64,000 nt of DNA from Proteromonas lacertae (lineage: Eukaryota): contig NGBS01000002.1 of the NCBI GenBank assembly GCA_002245135.1, positions 248,001 to 312,000 of the forward strand, in the 5' to 3' direction. A program made the position numbers and the translations under genes. How positions within the stretch are numbered: the first letter of the stretch is position 1; every line of letters starts with the position of its first letter. The notes below the pieces were generated by a model. It saw only the letters and a list, made by a program, of their open reading frames with translations, was not told the DNA's origin and ran no database searches. Of this stretch, positions 52,445 to 64,000 are shown one piece after another.

Positions 52445-53772
52445 ATGGATCCGTCTTTATTTGTATTGTTTGTTATTGTTATAATTAATTAGCAAACAGG
52501 ACCATTTTTAGGTGCTTTCTCAGATTATATTGACCTAGCAAGAGATTATTCTCAAAAGAAACCTATTTATACTTATTATATTCTTCTTTATGTTTACAAT
52601 TCGAGAAATAGTATTGCACCATCGCCACAAGTAAGATATTTTTGCTTTTATTCAATAGAAAGATTCATATATGAATATTTTATGCAATTATTTGAACTCA
52701 CAATCTAGTCTTAATACTGCTGATAATTTAAAGAGGTTTTACAATATATGTATGAGAATGAAAAAAGATATGAATGAAAGATATGATTTAGAAGGACCTT
52801 CTCCTGATTTATGTAGCATACTTAAAAGTTTAGCTATTCAATTGACTGTTATCCAAGCATTCTGTCCTGATAAAAACTTAAGTGGTGAAATATCAAAACT
52901 AAATCAAAGAGCAAATGCAATTTCTCAACCATCACAACCTTTACAACCACCACCACCTCAACAACAACAACAACAACAACAGCAGCCACAATTTGGAATG
53001 CCAAATACAATGACACCACCCTTACAACCACCACCAAATTATTTATCTTCACCACCACCACAACAACAACCTCAATTTGCTTCTTCAATTAACAATCAAC
53101 AACAACCGCAATTTACTATTCCTATTAGTAATACACTAAATCCACCTCCATTACAACAACATCCACAATATGTAATACCAAATAGTCAACCACCACCTCA
53201 ACCACAATTTGCTGCTCCTAATACTCTTACTCCTCCTCCACAACAACATCAACCTATATACAATTTACCAGTAAACAATGCACCAATAACAATAACAGTT
53301 CCATTACCAGCAACAATAAAAACTAAAGGAAATGGAAATATTCCTCAAATCTATGATATATCTAATCCATCATGTTGTGTAACTATTCCTCACAGTTTAC
53401 CTGACAATGATGGAAGTAAACCATTATCTTATGATTTATTACAATATATTGATTGTTTTAATGTATAATTATTGTCATTATGATATAATAGAGTGATATT
53501 CGTAGTATAATTGATGCACATTTAAGAGCTGCAATATATTTTGATATAAGTAAAGATCAACATATTGATGAATATAAAAAATATGTTAATTGTAGTTTAT
53601 TATCTTATAAATTTCTAGTAGATATATTGGCTAGTCATATTAATTGTATTTATTATAATAATAATTATAACATTATATAATAGATGATAATCGAAACAAT
53701 ATAAAGACTTTGATATCTTCAATTTATTATCCTTCTTTAAAACGAATATCAATATTAGAATCATATAAGTAG
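52445..53772 (+). CDS. Pro/Gln-rich protein with Vta1-like N-terminus
   Basis: DYIDLARDYSQKKPIYTYYILLY resembles the Vta1 MIT helix; P/Q-rich linker; multi-exon. Confidence 0.45.
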
Positions 53773-54077
53773 ATGTGTTAAAATATGTAGTAAATATAAA
53801 TAATTTTGAGTTTATATATGATTATTTCTTTTGTTTTGATGATGATTTACTCATATTTTTGTAAATGAAACGAATCTATTATCATATCAAAATGAGAAAG
53901 TTATCTTCGATATCACCCTCTTAAATAAAAGTATTTGATTTAATCTATACATAATAGATAAAAGAGAGAATAGAAAATAATATTAAAACAAACACTTTCA
54001 TATATCAAAATAATATTTATATTATTAATATTAGAATAAAAATAAAATTGAAAAATATATAATAAACTAAATGAATT

Positions 54078-57000
54078 TTAATCTTCATTCGCTGGTTTAT
54101 ATCTATATAGTTTTCTACTTCTTTTATCAGGAGATTGCATATATACTTTCATTTCTCGAGTAGGAGGATCAGGAGTACCAGGAATTGATATATTTTGAGG
54201 CATACTTATCATTCCATTACTATTGTTACTCATATTACTATGACAATGACTTCTATATACATCACTTTTATTACTATTACGACGACTATTCATCAGTGGA
54301 GTACTAAATGAAACTTCAATACTATTCAAACTTTGTTTATATTTGTTACTATTTGAATCTCTTATATTATTCTCAGAATTATTACTATCATCTGTTACAG
54401 TTGTGCTTTTATTACTATTATTACCACTACTGATATTTACATTTGATAAATTGGTTATTGTTGCTCTTTTCCTTGAAGCATAAGCTGGTGATTTCAATAT
54501 TGAATGAATTGTGGTTGGTCCTTTCAATGTATTAACTGGAGATGGCAAGTTTCTATCATTTACTGAGGAATGAGTCATCTTTGGTAATATTCCATATTCA
54601 TTCATTGGGCTATTAAGATGAGGATATATACATTCTTCTTTATCATTTCTATTATCTACATAATGATCAGCATTATGAATGATAAAATTATTTCTTGGAT
54701 TGTGATCATCATCATCATCATCATCATCATTATCTGTTTCATTTGGAGTAGTACTTGCAGTTGTTGTTGTAGTATGATCATCTGTTGAATAATTTGGTTG
54801 ATTTGCTTTTACACCAAATCTATTCTTGTTTTCTTTGGCAAGTTGTTTATTAAGTTCTCTAATATCATCTTCTATACATTTCAATTCATCATTTATTGAA
54901 ACCATTGAGTTATAAATATCATAACATTTTGGTAAAAATACTAAACTTGAAGTTATTATTACACATAAATAACAACTAATAACTCTAACAATCACTAATA
55001 CTACATAATCATTATATAATATATGAAGTGGAATTAATATTGCAAATAATATAAACTGAAATACAATTGCTAGAGAAGTACTCTTTGATTCATTAAAATC
55101 ATAATCAACTCCTTTCACAAGCCAAGCTAATTGAGTTCCCCAGAATAAGAATATTCCTAATATCAGTATTTGAATAGTAAAGAATGTTGTATTTAAACTA
55201 CAATAAGGCAAATATACTAAAGTATCTAATGTTGATTTATTTGTTTCTTCTACCATCTCCATTTTGGGTGATTTTATACCAAACCATATACCGATATATA
55301 TAATTTCAACTAAAACAAATGAAATAATCATTGCAAATAGTCTACTATCAGTAATTCTTTGTTTTTTCAATTCTCTATTACTAATTAACTTATAAATTCT
55401 ATATGCTTTAGAGAATAAAGTACCAAATGTTCCTATCAAGGCAATAGCAGTAAATGCAACTTGTATTTCACATACATTATTATCCACAGAAGGTTGAATA
55501 CCCATCACAAATGCAGCAGCTGTTAGCATAAATAGCCAAAATATAGTAAATACCAACATACTAACACTTGTTTTATATATATTTTTATGGTGCAAATTAC
55601 AGAGTGTAATAACTAGATAGAATGTTAATAACAAACTACATATTATTATTCCCATTATTGACACAGTTTGGATATTATATTCATACTTATCGAATTTAAT
55701 CACTGCACCAAAATCACACTTATTGTTTGTGCTTTCAGTATTTGGAGTTGTTGTTCTGTATATTATATCATTATCATCACCATCATAATAGTTATAATTA
55801 GTATGGTCAGTATTTATAAAGGATCTATTGGTAATTGGATTTAACTGTTGTACTTGTTTTAATACTCCATTTTCATCTATTTTAGCTAAATATATCAATT
55901 TAGTAAGTATATGATTATCATTGGAGATTTTATCTTCAGTATTCTTATATAATGACAATCTAATATCATTTACTTTTGGCCATTCATCAGTGTTATTGTT
56001 GTAACTCATTGCATATTCAACTGCTGATTTTAGTATATATAATGATTTGTAGGTTGAATATTGGCTATCAGTACCATCTATATCAACACCATAATATTTC
56101 TTCATTTTAATATTGAACTCATTATTGATATTATCATTATTGTCATTATCATTGTTGTCGTTGTTAGATGGATAATAATTGTATATTAAATATTGACCAT
56201 TGATCTTATCACCTAAATAATTGATTTGATTCTTTGTAATGTATATATTAATTACTGGATATATTCTAAAATGTAAATTATCAGCATCATAATTATTGTA
56301 AAAAGTAATAATATCATCTCCATATAATCCATTGATTATACACATATTTGGTTTAGTTTTAATCACATTGATAATTGACTTTATTGACATTGAAATGTCA
56401 TCTTTTAATGATATTTCATAATTATAAGATAATTCACCATTTATTGATCTTATATAACTTTCAATTACTGTTCTATCAACTGTATCATCTTCTAATACTT
56501 TAATTAAAGCAAAATTCTTATATTGCTTATTCATCATATACTTAATAGATGGTAAAATATCTTCATAGATAGAGTTACCTGTATAAACAACAGCAGAATC
56601 ACATTCTATTCCATTATTTCTACTTGTAAAGAAATACAATGAACTATTAGTTAAATGAGAAATTGCAATATGACTAGAATAAGTCCAACCTCCAAATATA
56701 ATATCAGATTCTTTCAATAACCCATTTACTTCTTCTACTAAGACTTTTAGATTAGAATTACTATCTCTAACTAGTGGTACTAATGTAAAACCATTGATTC
56801 CTCCATTTTCATTTATTTCATCAATTGTTGTTAGTTCTACTTTCACTAATTCTTTCTCAAATTTTGATAATATTCCTGTCTTTGAGTGTATAAATCCTAT
56901 TTTCTTGGTAGGTGATTGGATTATTTCATCCAACATTCTCTTATTATTATTATCATTAGAATATCTACATTTTCTACCTATAATTTCTTTCAATGTAATG

Positions 57001-60000
57001 TGGGAATATTTGTGGTTGGATTTTATACTCATAATTACTCTTAATACTAAAAGTATTATTCTTATTCAATTTACCAATGTTTATTGTATGAGAGAAATAA
57101 TTATCATTAAGTTTAGAAACACCATTAAACATTGTTTGCTCATTCTCTTTTAAATATTTAACTAAATTCTCAACAGTAAAGTCTATTATATTATCATATC
57201 CATCTTTAAAATTATTAATAGCTTCAATACTGTGTAGTATATTATCATCAATGAATATATTGGTATTATTGTTATTGACTCTAATTAAATACTTTATCAA
57301 ATCATCAACTAAATCTTTATGATTTATTTCATTGTAGTAATATTCATTAACATAATAATGATTGTGTAACTGATTAATTGTAATCTCATTATGTGATAAC
57401 AACTCATTAAGATTTATAAACACATTCAATAGTGGATATTTTGATGGATTTAATTGATAATTCTTATACAATTCGATTGTATCTTCTTCATTCATTAAGT
57501 TAATAATCATTACACCATTCTTATAATCTTTATTGATTTTATTCAATATTATACTTGCATCTGTATTATTCAAGTCATATATTATTGGATTTATATTATA
57601 CAATAATTCTTCATAAGACAATAACAATTCTATGGCTTTATTGATGTAATTGTTTTTCACACTACTGTCTATTATTATACAACTATCAGTATTTTCATTA
57701 TTGTTTCTATTTGATGAATAAATCCAATTAACTAGAGGTATAATCAATTGATTCAATAATAAACCATTATTTATAACTTTATTATTACACTTTTCACCTT
57801 CATTATTGTATATATTCCATAAGTATAAATTATTCTTATCAGAGTCAACTATATTGGTTTTAATTGGATTTAATCCACCAAAAATAATGAATATCTTTTT
57901 ATTATTCATTATTTCATTCAATTCATCTTCATTTCTAATACTTTTATACACAATAAATGTTTCTAATTGTTTTACTTTTAAGTTATTCTTCTTAATCATA
58001 TATAAATCACTATTAAATATCAATCTTTCATAATCTCTCTGTTCTTTTATTCCATTACTTTTTATTGTATAATATAATCCAACTAATAGCGTATTAATCT
58101 CAATAAAACAAGTGAAATTGTTATTGATTCTGCAGTTACATATATAATATTTATTATCATTATTGTCATTCATATAAAACTGTTCAGCAACTATTGGTTC
58201 TTCATTCTTATAAACAGTACTAAACACTCTGTTATTATCTTTCATTTCTTTCTTTAATAAATAAATTTCATGATTGAAATTATGATGATTCTCATATATA
58301 CTCATATCTACATCTATTGTATATACTTTGATATTCTTTGCGTTTTTCATTCTTCAATATATCATACACCATTTCTATAACATTAATAGACAAATCCATC
58401 AAATCATTTGGTACAATATTCTCCATTCTATTCAAAGGATCAGTTTGTAAAATATCTTTGAATAATTCTAATTTGTTTGACTGTGATTGTTGATATGTAA
58501 TAATAACTTGGAATATTATACATCATTTCATATACTAAATCACATTGTTGGTTTAACAATATTGGATAGTTATCGAAGTCTTTAATATTATTTTTATAAC
58601 TGTTTAATAATAGATTAAATGATGTTCTGTAGTTTAAGATTGGTATTATCATTATACCATTTGGATAGGTGTTATTTATATCACTAAATAATTCATTAAA
58701 TTGAGAAATATTGTTATTTGTAATTACTATATCTTCCTTTATTTCACCATAGTAATTATTAATCATATTTTTGATTGTCTTTACTGTTTCTCTACTTCGA
58801 TATGAATCATCACTTATTAATATAAACTGACTAGTAATTACATTGCTAATATATAATAATATTTCATCATATATTTGATTGATTGTAGCTCCACTAGATA
58901 TCATATTGTTAAAGCAAAAACCTTCATGTGGATATGGATTTAAGAGTGTAATTCCATCAATTCTATTCTTAAAAATATAATCTTCCAATGAATAAACTGT
59001 TTCACTTTCATAGCCTGTTATTACTATGTTTATATTATCACGATGTAAATTATTGAATAATATTGTCTTATCTATTTTTGCATCAAACAATTGTAATTCA
59101 TAAGCTGGTTGTGTAGCTGTTTTGTGTTTGTTGAAATAATTCAACAATGTTTCAATTGAATAGATAATCAATAATTCATCATCATAGTTTGAATAAACAT
59201 ATCCAAAATAACTAATTTCAGTGGTATTATGAACAATTACTGTATTATCTTTAAACTCACAGATTGAGTTAATTATTTTATCATTATTATCAATTATCAT
59301 ATTACTGGATGGCATGAATGATCTTAATGTGATTATTTCATCGTCTGTACCACTTACTGTATTTAAATAATAAGTAAAATTCATATTTCCATCATTGTGA
59401 TATTTATAGAACACATCATCATTAATATAATACTTTGTATTTAGTAATAATGATTGATTATATTTATCTTTTAAACCATGTTGATCTATTATCGACTGTA
59501 AATAATATACACCATAATAAGTGGCTATTTCTGAATTACTACTCATTGATTCTATTGGTTTATAGTTTGTAACAAAATAATGATTCTTTAATAAAGATGA
59601 TTGTGAATAATCTACATCTCTTGTGAAAAGATATTTCATTAATTTCACTGATTCAGTGGATGATCTATAACTCTCTAATAATATCATATTCTGGAAATTG
59701 TAAAGTGATGATATAACTAATATTCTCTTATTAATATTATCCATTATTAATTGATTTAATTTACTATTATCATTATCACTTACAATTACCTTCTTCATTG
59801 TTATATTGTAATTCTTAATATATATTTCTAACAGTTTCAATCCATCATTACTAAAATCATCATTTTCATAATCTAAATAATAATAATCCTTTATATTTAA
59901 TTCAGTATTGATTAAATACTTAATTGCTAATTCCATTGTATAGATTAATGAAATTCCAATTACATTTATATTGTCAGTACAATCCATATTATCATGACCA

Positions 60001-63000
60001 TTGGTTTTAAATACAATTTTATCTTTATCTAGTCTTTGTATTAAGTTATGTTCTTCTTCAGTATATGCTCCAAAATATGCTGTTATGTTGTTCTTACTTA
60101 TAAATTCCATTAACTTTTCATCTGTATTTAACTTCTCTAAGTTTATTAACATAATATTTATCATTACTTCATTCTTATTATTGTTGTTATTAATCTCATT
60201 AACAGCTGTTGATAATCCTTTTAATAACATGTATCTATCTTTATTACTCTTATCATTATATTTATATAAAAATCCAATATTGATAATATCTCCTCTAATC
60301 ATATCATTATTATCACATTCACTATTCATTGTTGAGTAGATATAATCAGATAATTTCTTATTCACTCTTTCAGTACTTTTATACACAACCATCTTCTCAG
60401 TTGAAGCATCATATACCTTTACAACATACTCATTTTCATATATTATATTGTATATTAATGATATATTGACATAATCATTACCATCACTTAATTCTATAGT
60501 CATATTATTCATTACTTTATAATTTGGTATTCTTGGAGTTTGAGGACTATTTTTCATTGCTAATAAATACATCTGTAAACTCAAATATAAACTATAATCA
60601 TTACTATTCAATAAACACTTTTGATTATTATTACTGCTTATTTCTTTCTTGATAATATTCTCATATACTTTTGGAATATCAATATCAATGAAATAAACAT
60701 TATTAGATGGGATTTTAAAGTCATATACATCAGTATTAATGAAATTTTCTATCTTTGTATTTAATGATAATACATGATGATCAATATCTTGAGGAATTGA
60801 TCTTAGAGTGTATAAACTACTTAAAGTAGTTGTGTAATAATACAAAATCAAAGATTTCTTTGGATTATTTGTTCTAATCATATTATAATATGACAATAAA
60901 TCATTGACATTACTAGTAAGCTTTACTTCCAATATTTTACCTTGTAATTCAACCATTTTATTAATACCTTCTACTAATACTAAACTATCATCATTATCTT
61001 CACCAAAATAATAAATACTTTCATAATTATTCATTTTAATAAACTCATCGATTGGTGATAAGGTGTTTAATAGTGGAGGTAACATATATTGTATATTTCT
61101 AACACATTTTCCATTCATACTCAATCCATTAGACCATATGTTGTTGTTAAACATCATTAACTTGTTTTGTTCAAATATTGAATCAATATTGAGATAAGTA
61201 TAAATAAATATTGAACTGTATTTGTTTGAATTGATACTTTGTGTTAATACTAATGAAATTGAACTGATATTATTACCTATAACCATCTTTATTTCATAAA
61301 GTAAGATGTTGTTATTTATTCCTCCTTCCTTATTGATTTCTTTTATTATATCTTCAATCATTTGTATTTGATTGTATATACAGTAATTATCATCAATTGG
61401 ATTGACAATAAACAACAATTTAAACACATTTTTACTCTCAATTCCACTGTTTGTTCTATTACATATGTTTATATGAGTGTTGTTATTGTATAAATCAATA
61501 TTTTCACTATACACATCTTTCTTAATATAACCTTGATTTGTACCATTGATTAAGGCTAATGGATGATTAAATATGTTGTTATTCTCCAGCATCTTCATCT
61601 TATTAGGTAATTTAAATCCATTCTTATTGGCCAATTCAATGAAATTTGAAACTGTAAAGTTTGCAATTGGTATTTCAATCAATATATTTCGAATTAACAA
61701 TCCTATGGAATAATCATTATATTTCTTAAAGTCATCATTTATCTCAGACATTAAACCTGTACGATGATAAAACTGTGTTATCTCTTCATTAATATCTGAT
61801 TCAGTATTTCTATCCAAGTTTTGCTTGACAATATAATAATTCTTAAATGAATATTCATGACTAACATCATATGTTTCAATATCCAGAACAGTTAATGATT
61901 GATAAAATAAATCATTCTCATTATACATTGCGTTGTATATTGAACTAAACACTGTGTAAAATGATTCAGTGGCTATTAAATCAGATAAATAAGTAATGAT
62001 TAAATATGACTTTAATTTATTCTGGAAATGTGGTAATAATATACTGTAGATTGATGTTTCGTTAATACCATATTCTAATTCAATTACTTTATAGTTAAAG
62101 TAAAATGGTAATTCTTTATTCAATGAATCTAAGAACATACTGCTTGGTGTATTTCCTTTCAATGTAAATAAAACCATTTCATATTTATTCTTAGAATATT
62201 CAATCATAGTATCTTTTATTAAACTGACATAATTACCAGGATCAATTGTATTTAATAGAATGTTATTATTACATAACTTCACATCGTCAACATATAACAA
62301 TGAAGTAGAAATTAATAAGTTATGATTTATATCTATTTTATCCATCATTCTGCTAATCTCATAATTAGAAAAGTCACTAATATATATAACAAAATCATTA
62401 CCAAAATTATGTTGTTTAACAATATTAACTAAATCATTCACTATTGTTTCATACATGACAACAATATTAATATCATATTTATCCTTCATATCAATCTTAG
62501 TTTTCAATAATGAAGAATATAATCTAATAGTATAACCTTGTGGGTGAGTTTTTCTATTGATTAATACTATTTTCAATGGTAAAGCTGATGTATTTTTATA
62601 TCCATTAGTTGGGATTCTCATATAATCAACAATCATCATTTTATCTCGAATAAATGGATATACTTCAAACTGATCATTTTGATTAACATCAGCTGAACTA
62701 TTATTATTATTAACTCTAGATAGTATATTTGCATTATTATTATTATTATTATTACTATATTCAAACCAATTCTTTATATATTTATTCACTGTTATATTAA
62801 CTACATATGGAACAGAGAATATCCAATCAGGATAAACTACTGAATCATATATATTAATATATTCTTCAGAATAGGGTATATAATTGATAGTATTGAATGA
62901 ATAAACGTGATAATTATTACTAGTGCCATTTATATAAGAATTTAATATATCAATATTCATATTAATAACCAACAAATCATTATGAATTCTGGTTAGATTG

Positions 63001-64000
63001 TAATACTGAAAACACTCTTTACATTGATCATTATCCATTAATGTTATAATTAAATCATCTTCTTCAAGTGTATTATAAACTGCAGGACTGTATGAAGCAT
63101 TGGTTATATCAGTAACAATACTTGTCTTTAACTGATAATCTTTACTTATATTATCTATCATTAACTTTATTTTATCATTATAATCATTTAGTTTGTAGAT
63201 GAATACAAATCTTGTGTATTTATGTATTTGTAGTATTGTATGTAATTGGTAATAAATCATCATACTGCTAGACATTCCTACTTTATTTATACTCTCAATA
63301 TTATCTAATTCATCATTAGTAATGTAAGGATCAAGATAATAATATTCTATCTTTCTTTGTTTAAAGTAATTACCTAATAATGCACCACAATCATTATCTC
63401 CATTACTCAATACTGTTAATATATTATCATTATCAATCTCATCAAACTTAGAGATTATATTATTACAATTCTGAGTATTATAATTTCTATATTCAATCTT
63501 TACTACTAAATTGTAACTTGCTGCTAATGAAACATATTCATTTGTAATTGCTGTAATTTTAGTTAGAAGTTGAGAATCTGAAACTTTATTCTGATTATTA
63601 ATGCTATTCTTCTTAATGTCTAATATAAATATTCCTTTTGTATATATTATTGGACTACACTTTGATTTACAATCACACTGTAATGGATATATATAATTGG
63701 GCTGTAAGAACTCCTGACTAAATGCTGAATTGTAATTGGCTGTATTATCTACAGTGATTTCATTATAATTAGTAACTCCTTGTAGTTTAAACAGTGATGT
63801 TTGATGTTGTAATATATTATCAGATGTATAATATAAATCACCCTTTGGCGCATAGTTTAATCCAGTTTCTTTATTACCATATAAATCATAAATATTCTTT
63901 CTTAAACAATTACTGAAATCTTTACTTTGTTCATGACAATCAGTTAGTAATTTTGGTACAACCAACGAACATGTCAAATGTACAATAAACATACGTTCAT
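54078..64000 (-). CDS. Giant class C GPCR-like protein with tandem periplasmic-binding (UrtA/AmiC-like) modules; frameshifted; 5' end possibly outside the window
   Basis: 7TM with KAYRIYKL, YCS, FNESK, VFLPKCY; repeated EINxxGGI and FGGW/FGA motifs; ORFs 58440..63992, 56974..58350, 54078..57032. Confidence 0.8.

Noticed and set aside
52920..53260. CAA/CCA repeats
   Set aside because: Encode a Pro/Gln-rich linker; not a CRISPR array or mobile repeat
1..64000. Alternative genetic code as an explanation for fragmented ORFs
   Set aside because: TAA, TAG and TGA all terminate conserved genes, and fragmentation is explained by introns

Overview
Very AT-rich, gene-dense eukaryotic DNA with tiny intergenic gaps and many short (mostly ~26-40 nt) GT-AG introns. 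Intron style, TGTTTGTT motifs downstream of stop codons and gene content suggest a low-GC Blastocystis-like stramenopile (inference). About 30 protein genes were reconstructed by hand: sugar porter, acyl-CoA synthetase, two maltose acetyltransferases, two GT77-like glycosyltransferases, fucose mutarotase, BET3, TRAPPC2L, VPS13, NPRL3, ankyrin-pseudokinase, methyltransferase, POP1, TFB4, MRPL28, RING E3, a two-repeat CNBD K+ channel, MRPL12, an EGF/mastigoneme-like protein, PP4R3, ABCF2, NF-YB and a giant class C GPCR. Highlights: (1) five minor-spliceosome (U12-type) introns, three AT-AC and two probably AT-AA, all 53-57 nt; (2) a giant class C GPCR with at least 7 tandem bacterial UrtA/AmiC-like ligand-binding modules, interrupted by three +1 frameshifts; (3) a near-perfect 340-bp inverted repeat between convergent glycosyltransferase paralogs; (4) a recurrent AAGCTTGA element upstream of start codons; (5) ultra-compact head-to-head gene pairs. 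All family assignments come from motif recognition by eye, not from database searches.
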